A stretch of DNA of 59,662 bases, counting the filler, from Nemertoderma westbladi (Eukaryota > Animalia > Xenacoelomorpha), in the NCBI GenBank assembly GCA_032718475.1. It is 3 parts of 3 records of this genome, joined end to end, with 100 filler letters (N's around TTAATTAATTAA, not from the genome) between each part and the next. Parts side by side here need not be neighbours in the genome. Positions count along the whole stretch, not along the records: positions 1 to 25,508 come from JAUCBJ010001788.1; positions 25,609 to 51,966 come from JAUCBJ010006509.1; 1 more part is not named here. One strand, written 5' to 3'. Each line of letters opens with the position of its first letter. Position 1 is the first letter of the stretch. This document shows positions 14,201 to 26,179 of the stretch, in pieces. Made by a program: the position numbers and the translations under genes. The notes below the pieces were generated by a model. The model had not been told where the DNA came from, did not search any database, and saw nothing but the letters and a program-made list of their open reading frames with translations.

Positions 14201-17200
14201 TCAATGACCAATAATACCTGACCTGACGTTGCATGTAAGACATACTACGGAACACTTCAATGGTACTTTAAAAAGTGCCAATCCCAGCCAGAAGTTACTT
14301 ACACATTCGTTGACTGCGGACGATACCATGTGGCACAACAATGACAATGTTCCATTTACTGGTACCGCTTTTACCGTATGACCAATACTAGGAATAAAAA
14401 ATTCCCAACAACCTCACATGTGTAGATGCCTTTCTCTTCATTAATAGTTGCTGAAGATGTGAAGTTAATGTATGTTAAGAAATTATTCGATTTAATTTGT
14501 ATTCTTAATTTTTTTTACACATTGTTCGAATGATAATGTCATGATGGGCTTGGATTCGGAGATGGGGCAGGTTTATCGCGATATTACGATTGATATGACT
14601 GACTCCAGCACTTTAAATTTAGTGTCTGTCTAATAATTGTAGTCAGAGTGTTATAAATTGGTTTTCGTACAGTAATACATAATCATTTTGAATTATTTAC
14701 ATAAAATTTTTGGTCGTTGATGCGTAAAAAGTACTGAAAAGAGCATACTAAACTAATGTGTAAACAGTTATTACAATGTAAATTTAATTTAACAATATAC
14801 ATGTTTTATTCCTCAGGTATTGATGGAACTAGGATTGCTGCATATTGGTCGAAATCAAACAATGTCTCGATTTCCTTAACAAATGGTGGCAAAGTTGATC
14901 AATTCCAATATAGAACTCAAGATGTTGGAATGCGGACTGTCAACAATAGACCCACCCAGGGTAATGATGTACTACAATCAGTACTACCATCAATAGTATT
15001 GGGTGAATGGGTGGTTTTATCTATATACCTATAAAAGTCAAATTCTCTCTGTTATGCTCGAACTCCTCCGAAACGGATGGAGGGATTGCGCTGGGACTTA
15101 AAACATGTGTGTATAACTTCAACGAGCGCTCATTATAGGCCACTTTTCGAAAAGTTTAATTCACGTTCGGTACTGGTACCGGTTTTGGTGGAACCGGTAC
15201 TGGCCCGGTTTTTTTTAAATTACCATACATATTAATGGTACTGCATTCTGCATTAGGTAGAGGCCTAGCAATACAATTCAATTCAAGTGAACCCAATGAG
15301 CTCGTATATTATTAATAAGGGAAACCAGAGTAGACTGCACAGATCAATCAAGCGGAAAGTACTAATATGTCTCAAGTATATTTGAGACAATATTATATTA
15401 TTATATAAACACGTCATCATAATATTTATAGTGTACTAAATTTTTTTTTGACACAGCATCTATTTTTGTGCATTAACAGGAGCTTGCAGTAGGTTTAAAA
15501 TTAAGTCACAATTTTCGTTAGATAGATTATAAAGCAGCTAGGTTTAAGTTTTCTAGGAAGTTATTTAGATCATAAGTTTCAGGACGGTAAATCGTACCTA
15601 TAAGTGATGGTTTTTTATTTGATCCGGAGATGCTGACCCAAGTTGATACACAGTCTTTGAGTAATATGCCTGAGCGGTGAGTGTAACTTAAATGGTTCCT
15701 AATGTAGGTAGCAGTACCGCCTCTGCCTAGTTTTCCATAATGTCTGTTGTTAACAAGTGGTTATGAGTATCCGTTTATACTTACTGTTGTGAGATCGGTG
15801 TTTTCGGTTAAAAAACGTTTCAGTAAATGTGAGTAGGTCAAATTGTTTGTCTAATATGTGAAGGTAGTCTGTGGTTGCCGTAAGGTTTTTATTTAGGCTC
15901 CTACAGTTTATAGGGTAGACCGAAAGAGAGTTATTCTCCGTTATAGTTACTCTGAAAGAGAGTTATGTTTTTGAATTTTTCTTCTGAGAAATATGTATCG
16001 TCAGTGTTATTTGAATTTAAGTTATGGTCCGGGTCAATGTTGTTAAATGTATTATCATATTCACTGTAATTATTTGGTAAGAGACATTCATTGAAGAGAA
16101 AAGGTGGTGCCAGAAAAGGGAAGAAAAAACAAATTTCCTATGTAAAGAAAACCAGCCTGAAAATGTTCACTAGTATACAAAACTAAAACAAAATCAACAC
16201 AAAGTAACCAATATTTCCAGACCAACACTAATTAATGAGTTTTAAAGACTGGATATTACACAATGATTTTTAATTTTTTTCCCAGCGGGCATTCGCCTTA
16301 GCATTGTTACCCGGTTAGTTATGCTTCAAATAGCAAATATCGTCTGTATATTAACTACATTGTATAGATAAGATAACAGTAACACACAAGTAAACTGTAC
16401 ACACAAAGTAATGTCATATTCTCCCTCCACCTATATACGGATTGTATTATATATTATAAACAGCTGGATAGCTTAGCTAATAAACCAATCACCAAAGCAG
16501 TCAATCATTGAGAGTTAATTAGTTAATCTACACTATGCCCCCTTCCCTCCAGTTTGCAATCTACACTATGTCCCCTCCCCTCAAGTTTACAATTAGAGAT
16601 TAAGATGGTCTGGTTCTCTGCGGTTCCTTCGCCCTCGGCGGCATACGATCCATCCATCAGAATTAGCCTGGCCGTCGTTGTTGATATCCTGCCTGTATGA
16701 TTCATTAGCCTGCTGGTCCGTTCCTTCATCTGATTGTATACTTCTCCTATTGGTTGGAATGGACCGTTCTGAGACATCTTGGGCATGTTCTGGAATATCT
16801 CGTCTGAGGAAGCGGCGGTTCCTCCAATACGTACGGCGATTTTCACAGCGTATAAGGTAACTACGTCCGCGCTTGCAGATATTAATACCTTAATAACTGT
16901 CCCCTTTCTATCCCACAGCTTTGTCCTGTTATGTTGCATCCTGACCGCTTCACCCGGGTGCAACCAATCTAGGGAATGAGTCCCATGATCATATGATTGC
17001 TTCGACTTTTCACGATGTTCAGTGGTCTTCCTATCTGCTGATGCCACTTCTGAATCTGTTATTTGTTTAAAAGATCCTGGAGCTGTTGGCAAGTGCTCCT
17101 CATTTGTCGCCCGAGTAACCTCTGGGCAGGGCTTAGACCATCCAACTTTGGCGTATTACGATATTCGATCAAAGCGTGGGTGAAGGATGGTGTGGTTATG

Positions 17201-20200
17201 TCCCCATTATGGCAAACCTTCTTGATAATGGATTTGATGATTTTGACTCCCGATTCCGTATAACCATTAGACTCAGGGTGGTATGGGGATGATGGATCAA
17301 GATCTATATTCCATTCTCTACAGAAATGATGGAACTCTTTGCTCTTGAATTGTGGGCCTCCATCTGTAGTGAGACGTACTGGAACACCCATATATTCCAT
17401 CCACATCCGAACTTTCTTAATAGTGACAGTGTTGGTTACCCCTCCTCGGTCACAGTCATATACATCAGGCCATCCCAATAGTTTATCTGTAATGAGGAGT
17501 TAGGCCAGCCCTGCATGATCAAAGAAGTCTGCTGCCACAGCCTCGCAGGGGAATGATGGTACAACATCTTGTAATAGCGGCTCCTTGAGGTGACTTTGTT
17601 TGTGGAGCTCACATTCTTTACACTTAGCCACCATTATGGTGGCATCGTTAACGATGCCTGGCCAAAAAAACGCATTGCCTCACTCGTTTAAGTACTCGGT
17701 CTCTCCCCTGATGTACCGCATGGAGATCTTGAAGCACTTGCTTTCTCATAGGAGATGAAATTAAAACTCGGCATCATTGATACATAATGACTTCTTCAAC
17801 TACTGAGAGACTGTGTCAAATGTTCCAGAATGGATGTAGGTTAACATCTAAAAGTTTTTTGTTAACAGGGAATCCATCTAGAATACCATCTAGAGCAGCA
17901 TCGCCACGCTATCGTGTTCGTCACCTGCGCTGACCAATCCCATTGGATTCCTGAGGAACTGGTATCTGCCCCATGGTGTCAAAAAGGTAGTAAGAGCTTG
18001 ACTCTTTTTAGATAGTTCGATTTGCCAGTATCCATGTCTGGAGTCCATGGTTGAAAACAATGTCATCCCTGAAGGTATCTTAGATACTTCTTCCTTAGGT
18101 ACCGGTGTTGGGTGGACTGGTCGTTTAACGCTGCGGTTTAGGTTAGTATAATCAATAGTTATTCTCGGTTCTATTGAGTGTTTTTTGGGAACTACAACCA
18201 TGGGACCATGGCTTCATTAGGACCTACCTTTCGAATTATCCCTGCATTAAACATATCGTCGAGCTGTTTCTTTACTCTGTCCTCCCAGTGGATTGGGATA
18301 TTATAGGGTTTGTACCTCTTTGTAGGGATAGCACCTTCATTCAGCTCGATGTCAGCTGGCGGACTAGCCATTGGCTTGAGCACGCCGTCACTGGCGAAGA
18401 CATCCTTGAAATCATGATAGAGTGCCTGCTTCCTCTCCTCTGTGCACAGCCCCACTTTCGAAATGGTTGTTGTCACTTTTGCCACAGGCAAACCCCCAGA
18501 TGCCCCAGGTATAAGAGATAATGCCGATATCTGAGCGTGATATGCTTCAATCTTTCCTCTAAATCAATGACGGTTTTTTGGCATGTCGCATCGCACTGGA
18601 CATGGGGCCAATCCCTTGGAATTAAGCCAAGGGCCTCACATCCCTTGTCACTGAGCAGGGGGTGGGGTGTTTTGCGTTCTCAAGGACGTGTGCGATGTTT
18701 TGATACACCTTATTACCGAGTTGTATTGTAAGTTTGACCTTTCCATGAGATTCCAGCTGTTGACCGTCTGGTCCTACCAATAGTTCTTCGTCTGGGTAGA
18801 GAGTTATATTCGTTCCTGTTCCCATATCAACAAGATCATCTAGACTAATCGCGTCTCGTTTTGCACCTGTGTCTGCGAGCCAGGCCATATCCCCAGTGTG
18901 GGTTGGATTGTCAGCGTGCATTGTTCTTAGGGTAATGAGACGACTATCTAGTGTTTCTTCCAAGTGATTAAGAGGTGTGGCGGTGTTAACTGTCCCCATT
19001 TGGACCACATTTAGGTTATGCGGTTTTCTTTTAAGTGGTCTCTTGCAAAACTTGATTAAATGCCCTTTAACTCCGCAATTGAAGCATTCAATATCCTTAG
19101 CGCGACATTTATCCTTGTCGTGGATGCGTCCACAGCTGTGACAATTCACCATGTCATTTTTCAATCGAGTTAACGGATCTGGTCCTGATCTTTTCTGAAG
19201 TACTCCAGTTTTGTACGTTGATTTCCGTAGCGAAGCACATGTAGCTGGTATAGCATCTTTGATCTCCACGACCGACATTGCATCAGACAGTTTGATAGAT
19301 GGGTGTTCGAGATCATTGTCAACAGATTCACTCGCTTCGATAGATTTAGCCGTGGCTAAGACGACGGCCAAGGTCAGATCCTTCATTGGAGTTTTAAGTA
19401 TCTCTTGATGTATTTTCGACTCGTGAAGTCCAGCAATAAATGCTGTCATTATACGTTCGCTACGGTGATAATCCACCATATTACACACTGTTAAGTAACC
19501 ACAAGCTCTATCACTGGCCTGAAGGGCCATATAAAACTCAGTGATGGGATCTCCTGGTTGTTGTTTGCGATTGGAGAAGGTGACCCGCTCTATCATCTTA
19601 TGTCTTTCTTCTCTGAGGTACTTTCGCAGCTTCACCACGATAGCTTTATTATTATCAGTATCGGAGACGTAGATCAAACCTTTGGACCATAACTTTCTCC
19701 ATTCTGGATCTACGGCAGACCTCAGTTGAGCACACTGGGCTCTTGCTGTTACATCTGCTAAGCGTACTCCAGCGGTATAATCGTCCCAACGGATCTCCCA
19801 ATCATCGAAATCCGCAAATGTGAGATCAGCTGGGCATCTAAGACTGGGTAGATCCATTTTTAATGGTTTAGCTGGTACCATCGTGACTGGCGTTGGTTCA
19901 ACCATGCGGGATTCTAGAACAGATCTCCTGATGTTGATTTCCTTCTGAAATGTTAGCACTGTCTTCACTTCATCTGATTAGAAACTGCATACTCAGCTAC
20001 ATCATCGTCACCATCGCCAACTTCCCACAGTTCCGATACCTGTTGGTGAATATCAATAAACTTGTTGATAGCACCTTTAATGTCCTCGAAAGCCTGAAAT
20101 AAAATTTCGAGTTCGACACTACTTGGTTCTTTCGTATTTGGCTAATTCTGCGCGTAGGAGGTTAGTGGTGCGAGTGCAGTGACTCAAGTATCCACTACAA

Positions 20201-23200
20201 TGTTTAATCATTTTCTTGATTTTGTGGCCTTCCATTATATACATTCTGTATGTAAATCATGTCTATAAGTATAAGGTTCGGATAAAATACTGCGCCATAG
20301 TTAAGCTTCAAATAGCAAATATCGTCTGTATATTAACTACATTGTACAATTACATTACATGTATAACTACATTGTATGTTCATTTCTTTCTATTATAGTA
20401 GTATAAAAAATATAGGAAAATGAAATACTTAGCTTGTTGTACAATTATAAAATTTATAATACACCCACTACCAGTTCTGGGCGAGAATCTATTAAAAAAT
20501 AGGATCCTTCACACTATATTTTACGGTACGCTCTCGCTCTGACTGGTATAGGTTACTAATGGGTATCATACATCGCTTAGGAGGTTAAATCTGTTAACAT
20601 GTTCAATCGGCGAACTATTAGTATCAGGGTGCTGCTGCTGGGTGTCGTGTGCTGTAGATTGGGATCGAGGACAATGGCCCTGATTACTGGTACCATTACT
20701 GGTAACCTGAAAACCAACAACCGAAAACATTAACAAGGTTGAGAAAGCTAAGGATGATCTTAAATTGGCCTAGAACATCAGCCAGGAAAAGTACATACAG
20801 GATAAAATTGAAGCAATTACAACTGCTCACATACAGCAACAATCAAGACTTACCTGGCAAACTGTGAATGAGGTATCTGGTCGGAAAAGTTGTGCAAAGG
20901 GGCGCCTCAAAGCCAATAGTCCCGAAGAACGTGTGGGGAAGTGGAAAAATCACTGCAGCAACTTGCTTGGGCAGCCACCAAACATCGAGATCAGCCCTAC
21001 AAGGAAAATATATGACAAGACACTACCTATAGAGACAGGGGACTTCACACCTGCTGAACTCCAAAGAAGCATTAAAAGCATGTCCAATAATAAAGCGAGT
21101 GGATTAGATGAAATTCCAACGGAGGTATGGAAAACAGGAGTGCTAAACAGACTATTATTGAATGTTTGCAACCGGATGTTAAAAGGGGAAAAGCCTCCAC
21201 CAATTTGGACTAAAGGTCAACTAAAGCCTCTCCCCAAGAAAGGAGACCTCGGTATACCAACAAACTATCGTGGGATCTTTCTGCTTGTAGTAGCTGCCAA
21301 AATATACAATAAGTATCCAGAAGTAATCGTTGCTGCCATTGGATTGTTAGATTGTGACACATTAACTGAGTATTTCTCAAACCTGGCTGGCGTACTGCAA
21401 GGTGACACATTAGCACCATTACTATTTGTAATTGTACTGGATCACACAATGAGGATGGCCACAAAGGGTGAAGATCTGTGATTCACACTTCAAGAATGCA
21501 GAAGTAGTAGATATCCGGCAACTACAGTCACAGACACCGACTTCGCGGATGACATCGCCCCGCTCTCTATTATGCTAGCAGATGCACAGCTTCTACTGAA
21601 TAAAGTGGAGAGTGCTGCTAAGGAGGTTGGATTGCATATAAATGCTACCAAGACCGAATTCATGACTTTTTATGTTGATGGAAACTTGACAACCATTGAT
21701 AATAATCAACTAAGGAAGGTTGACGACTTCCAGTACCTAGGATCATTGATAGAGAATAGCAAAAAGGACATAGAAGTTAGGAAAGCAAAGGCTTGGGCAG
21801 CTCTATCAAAAATAGATACCATCTGGAAATCAGATCTCCCCAGGCACCTGAAGACTAAGTTCTTTCGAGCCACAGTGGAAAGTGTATTTTTATACGGGGG
21901 TGAGACCTGGACACTGACTAAATCACTTGAACAACGAATTGATGGTTGCTACACAAGACAACTAAGGGCAGCCCTAAACATCAGCTGGAGACAACACATG
22001 ACAAATGCCGAGCTTTATGGTACAATACCACCTGTATCAACCACCCTCCGTGAATGCAGATTAAGATTCAGTGGGCACTGCTGGCGAAGTAAAGAGGTCA
22101 TACCAGATCTACTTTTCTGGCAACCAACTCATGGAAGGCGTAGTCATGGACGACCGGCCATAACATATATAGATCAACTTGAAAGGGATACTGAGCTTGG
22201 GAGAAATGAAATTGCGACAACTATGGAGAATCGGGAAGCCTGGAAGGATCTCATTTCCACTGTCCGAGTTCGCTCGACTTAGTAGTAGTACTGGTAACCA
22301 TCTCGATGTAGTCGCTATGGTGACTGGCAGAAACGAACGTCTTAAGCAACTTGATGTCAGCGTGACTTGAGATACAATGTGATTTATTGTTGTCTTTATC
22401 CACTCTGGCAGTAAGGTTTCCATTTCGAGTATAGACGGAGTAAAGCAACTTATTACGCTTCATCTCGTTTAGCTTACCAAGTAGATTGGCTCGGATCTTG
22501 GTGAGGTGTTCGTTAAAATAAAGCCCAGCTGGAAGATTGGCTTTTGGGACAGAGGAGAAAAAGAAGATTGTTGCGATGAATGTACTGTTCCCTTTCATTG
22601 GCTTCCAATTGCAGGGCTGCGATTTGTTCTTTCATCATCTTATTTTTGGAGAGAGCCTGGTTGATGGTAAATGAGAGGGCATGGATATCAACATCGTTTA
22701 ATTTTTCTTCGAGCGCATCGAGTTTTGTGAGATGAGTTTTGATGTTAGAATCTCGGAATGAAGTTTATTTAGTGTGTCTTCGATTCGATCGAGTTTAGCC
22801 AAGTCGGATGCTGCATTTGCGGCATGTTCGTCAGTTCGTTGTGTAGTTTTGGAGGGCAGATGTTTTATAAATCTAAATCTTATGTGCAAAGTTCGGCAAT
22901 TACTGGAGAAAACTGTTAGGCCTGTACTGGTATGCTGTACTACAGTACTACATCCTATCAGCAATGATGATTATCTGGAAATACCGGGTAACCCACCTCG
23001 GGTATTGAATTATAAAACTTTTTTTCAATGAGCACAGCTTAGCAAAGTCGACTGACATTGTCATCACGGTCGTATCGATGGAGGTATTGAACAGTTGACT
23101 GATGGTCTAACCACTTTGCTAGTAGCAGTATCCCCACGCGCAGTAACTAGCGGTATTTATTTATTATCCTGACAATATTTGTTAATTTATCAGTTATTTT

Positions 23201-25286
23201 AATCCAAGGAACACAAACTAGGTTGTCCAACTGAATCTTAATTTCAGTATTGCAGTTGTAAAAATTAAAATTACATTTTACATTGATTACTCTACTCTTA
23301 TATCAAGTTAATTTTTTGATGTATTTAAATATTACAGCTACAGGCGGCTTCTACTTGTTGAAGTATAGTGCAGTGATGTAAAAATGTAGTATAAGATTAT
23401 ATTTCGGGCCCAGGAATTTATCTGTCAGTCAGGCAGTCATGGTTTGAATAAAGGCCTGTGGCCGAAATATAATCTTATACCACAACATTTTTTACATCAC
23501 TGCATGGTCTGCTTCACTCTTTGTATTACAATAGTACAAATTGTATAGTGATTTATACAGCTCACCAGAAATTTATTTCATAACTAATTATACTGTAATT
23601 GTTTTATTTAAGACTTCCTGTCTATGAATCTATCATTTGTGAGAAACCCGTCCCACACTCTGGCCTATCTCTACCTGCCAGCTGTAATCGAGGTTGTGGC
23701 CGGGTGGTCTATATTTTGGATGGCTGGTTCTGCAACAAACGCACGTGCAAACATATCAATGTTAACTCTAATGGCGTTAGTTAATATCTAAATAATCATT
23801 GGATAATAATAATTACCGGTATTAAAAAGGCCAACTCAAATACTACAGTATTGTAGAACTCATTTGCTATCACACATGCGGATTTTCTTAGTGTGACAAC
23901 AGGCGATAACCAGAAATATATTCACTTGATTTAGATAGTCCCCCCATTCTTTATAAATTTGAGGATCCTTTTATAAGCTGATCTATTTCAAATTGTTGAA
24001 TTAAGATGCTTACTTCAGCAGATGTTTTCATCTGAAACAAACGAGTTGGTGCATCAAATAAAGCAATACCCATCGATAGGTTTTGGAAATTATGTGCTAA
24101 CTCTATTCTAGAGCACCTCGTTACTTATGTAAAATCGCGTTGAGCATGTGCAGAGCAGACCCTGCATAATATTTTGGTATATTTATTATCAATGAATCTT
24201 TTTCTTCATTAGTGAGAATCCAGCAAATACTGCCATATATATAGCAGCAGTGAGGGCTCCATTGCATCATAAAGAAGTAGCACATTTATAGAGATTCCAT
24301 CGATGAAACATGTTTATTGGTTTTTATGTATATTTAATTTAATTTAATTTAATTTCGTACATAGAAAATAAATCTAGTACAGTATAGTAGCAGTAGTAGC
24401 AGGCATAAATAAATAACCTCTGCAAAAGTTATATCACCAGAAGGGATGTCAGGGACTTCAATTTGCGACACGGGATGTGCTATTAACTGGAGGCGTTAGG
24501 TCATTGTTGAACAGTTTCCTGAAATCTGCCTTCCAACCTGCCAGGCATTTATCTGATGAATCAGCATCTTTGACCTTGGTGGATCAGAGCTTGCTGATTC
24601 AATGCCAGCCTTCTGCAGATTTCCTGCTATCATATGCGATATTTATAGCAACCAAATGCTCATTATGCGCCATTGACTGCTATTGCATGATGCTCAAGGC
24701 TGAAGAATGAAGATTCTTCATTGCAACTCCTTCACTTTGACCTTAACAGACTTTGCGTATCTGAATGGAACTATACTTGTATAAAACATACTAGTATAGT
24801 AACTATACTAGTATGTAGTACTACTGTATGTTTTTTATATCTCATTCATATAATAATAAAAATGGTCATTACAAATCTATTTAATAGATATATATACACA
24901 TTTGTTTTCTTAGTGTGAACCGAATTGTTAGTGCTGCTGTCCCAGCCCACAATCTGGGTCTGTTATCCATTACCATGATATATCTTCTCACCTGTCTGGG
25001 GTTTGGACTGGTCTCTATAGTGCTAATGGCTGCCTCGGATTACCTCAGATACACTGCATTAGCCAATAATCCATCCCCAGTAATCCCACAACGTGAACGG
25101 AGGTTAGCCTGGATCGAAGAGACTATAGAAGCAACATTTTATGCTGGAATCTGTGATATTTGGGTAGGTGTCGGTATTTGGTATTTTAGACATGGGGGAC
25201 TTTTCAAAATTCATGCCTCTCAGGGGAAAATGGAGACGATTGACATCCATTCCTATCAGGGAAAAATCGACGCAAATAATATATAG
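1769..25286 (+). CDS. Divergent Cys-loop ligand-gated ion channel subunit (GABA-A/GlyR-like branch) with an N-terminal Cys-rich domain and mucin-like stalk. Exons 1769-2205, 5345-5668, 6456-6535, 7298-7416, 8887-9047, 9343-9440, 14817-14960, 23613-23775, 24914-25286 (or to a donor at 25163/25164). About 632 aa if exon 9 reads through.
   Basis: All introns are GT-AG with matching phases (2,2,1,0,2,1,1,2) and the spliced frame is open. Translation contains RWNDPRY (W-x-D-x-R), IWANGNV, the Cys-loop C-DPEMFLFPFDFMR-C (C-x13-C with FPFD), pre-M1 FVR, M1 YLYLPAVIEVVAGWSIFWM, M2 NAR-ANISMLTLM and M3 TMIYLLTCLGFGLVSIVLMAA. The 3' end (M4) is uncertain. Confidence 0.88.
2356..5150 (-). mobile_element. 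RTE-like LINE (family B), long copy with 5' UTR, AP endonuclease and C-terminal RT region; degenerate
   Basis: KSQIDHILF and SIDHCLIVAKV (APE motifs), LDFADDL, FYYLGSWI, PVLLYGS, RLRFAGHCFR; (TAG)n 3' tail at 2356-2365; 5' UTR contains GGAATGGCAAACCA-like RTE motif at ~4825-4840; stops and frameshifts present. Confidence 0.88.
5345..5668 (+). CDS. Channel exon 2: Thr/Pro-rich mucin-like linker (PIPTTTPTT-type 27-bp repeats)
   Basis: Acceptor TTTGCACAG|G and donor GG|GTGAGT; phase 2-2 links exon 1 to exon 3 in frame. Confidence 0.8.
6050..6340 (+). mobile_element. Diverged fragment of LINE family A (a second 3' fragment lies at ~6630-6733)
   Basis: Colinear nucleotide similarity to 21770-22220 (GAAGTTAGAAAAACAAAGG..., GCGATACTGGACTTCGAAGAAACGAAATTGCAAC). 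Confidence 0.7.
6961..7210 (+). mobile_element. tRNA-derived SINE
   Basis: A-box-like GGTTAGCTCAGTTGTTAGAGCGC head, followed by CTGAGCCCTTCATCCC...GGTCGATAAAATGAG, which resembles a conserved central domain of metazoan SINEs (from memory, unverified). Confidence 0.6.
7445..8300. repeat. Perfect 19-bp minisatellite (ATAACATAGATAAATAGAT), ~45 copies, in channel intron 4
   Basis: Direct inspection; no variant units seen. Confidence 0.97.
8418..8570. repeat. Degenerate ~15-bp GGACAA(C/T)T(A/G)CCCCC sub-repeats, probably a non-autonomous DNA transposon end
   Basis: Repeated GGACAACTACCCCC / GACAATTGCACCCCC motifs. Confidence 0.5.
9343..9440 (+). CDS. Channel exon 6 carrying the Cys-loop
   Basis: QTRRVKCDPEMFLFPFDFMRCRILLRAEYAND, flanked by a TTTAAG acceptor and GTAAGT donor. 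Confidence 0.92.
9513..11505. mobile_element. LINE family B (-) copy (~9809-11310, RT core) inserted into a LINE family B (+) copy (9513-9808 and 11311-11505)
   Basis: The + copy breaks at GGAGGTGTC and resumes at ATTGGTACCCC; between them is an antisense copy with an (ACT)n tail and RT motifs QNGFRKGR, VDFKAFDS, GVLQGDTLAPFLF, LDFADDL. Confidence 0.88.
11640..11990 (-). mobile_element. Diverged copy of the LINE family B 5' UTR (possible non-autonomous derivative)
   Basis: Colinear with ~4800-5120 (CCATTCCACA.GGTGGGTGTCGCAGT, CAGCTCATCTGCTGG, CTCTACTCCTG.CCAGCC). Confidence 0.7.
16316..20346 (-). mobile_element. Gypsy/Ty3 LTR retrotransposon, degenerate (gag-PR-RT fragment-IN; C-terminal RT and RNase H deleted; 5' LTR truncated)
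   Basis: Gag zinc knuckles CHSCGRIHDKDKC and CFNCGVKGHLIKFC, protease LADTGA, RT MDSRHGYWQI / TTFLTPWGRYQFLRNPMGL, integrase TDGGPQF / SPYHPESNG; 3' LTR 16316-16535 matches the remnant 20298-20346; PBS TGGCGCAGT at 20297-20289; PPT at 16536-16550. Confidence 0.93.
20708..22288 (+). mobile_element. 5'-truncated RTE-like LINE (family A) with target-site duplication
   Basis: RT motifs GVLQGDTLAPLLF, DFADDI, FQYLGS, RLRFSGHCWR; (TAG)n tail; 11-bp TSD TACTGGTAACC at 20697-20707 and 22289-22299. Confidence 0.92.
23359..23516. mobile_element. MITE-like element with ~55-bp terminal inverted repeats
   Basis: TGCAGTGATGTAAAAATGT..GTATAAGATTATATTTCGG at left is the reverse complement of CCGAAATATAATCTTATAC..ACATTTTTTACATCACTGCA at right. 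Confidence 0.75.
24410..24720 (-). mobile_element. Probable degenerate LINE ORF2 fragment
   Basis: Minus-strand WKADFRKLFNN-type segment typical of the endonuclease-RT linker; interrupted. Confidence 0.4.
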
Positions 25287-25508
25287 TTGATTACTCCCGA
25301 AAATTTAAATGAAACCCTTTTTTTTATTTTATTGTTTTGGTTAGAATAACACGCCACTGTAACCTGCTCCTTTCCATTATTTGATAATTTAAAATTGAAA
25401 ATAAAAATAAAATAAATTAAATTAAAATCTGGTATCATTGTGCTTTTTATTATTAAAAATTGTTAATAAAGATGTTGATAAAATGAAAAAATAAATAAAA
25501 AAATAAAA

Positions 25509-25608
25509 NNNNNNNNNNNNNNNNNNNNNNNNNNNNNNNNNNNNNNNNNNNNTTAATTAATTAANNNNNNNNNNNNNNNNNNNNNNNNNNNNNNNNNNNN
25601 NNNNNNNN
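25509..25608. other. Assembly gap linker (N44-TTAATTAATTAA-N44)
   Basis: Exactly 100 nt; the 12-mer places stop codons in all six frames; identical to the linker at 51967-52066. Confidence 0.97.
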
Positions 25609-26179
25609 TGTACACAAGTCGCTTCATATTCATATCAGTTCAAATATCAGTGTAATGATGTTTTCTATGTCTGGTTGTAAACTGTTAACCCCCCCTCCCC
25701 CTATCATTAACAATAACGACACACATGGTTATCAGCTAATTATCCGTTGAAGACTACAACTACTACGGGTAGTGTACACCTGGGTTTTCTATACAAATAA
25801 CATTGTGTTGTTCAAAAGACATGAATGAACTAATAAAGAGAGCCTCTATTAATGAATGCTTGTATCCATGGAAGGGGATATTATAACCAACGACATTCCT
25901 ATGTCCAATGAACAGACCTCCAGGGGTTTATATATTAGTTACCAGCTGATAGGTTTCTACTTCTAGACATAATTATTGATTCCCACGTATTTTTATCTCA
26001 CTTCTGCAGTTGACAGCGTAAAACACTAAACTAAGTTTAGTTAATAAGTTTAAGTTGTAGTTTTTAAAAGTAGTTGTTTTTATTTATTGAAGTCTTTTAT
26101 TTGTGCTTTCAACCAATTTAACATTTGATAGCCAACCCGTTAATACTTACCGGAGCTTTCATCTATCAGTCTTCTAGTC

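Larger units (their letters stand above)
15275..22990 (-). mobile_element. CR1/L2-group LINE (ORF1 at ~22300-22900; ORF2 endonuclease at ~15500-16080), split by Gypsy and RTE insertions, RT deleted
   Basis: ORF1 C-terminus FNEHLTKIRANLL...YSVYTRNGNL; ORF2 fragments IDPDHNL, INCRSLNKN, FDLLTFTET, GRGGTATYI, IGTIYRP; (TTGAA)n tail on the - strand at ~15275-15290. Confidence 0.75.

Noticed and set aside
25553-25564. TTAATTAATTAA palindrome between N runs (also 52011-52022)
   Set aside because: Artificial six-frame-stop linker; adjacency across these gaps is not guaranteed.
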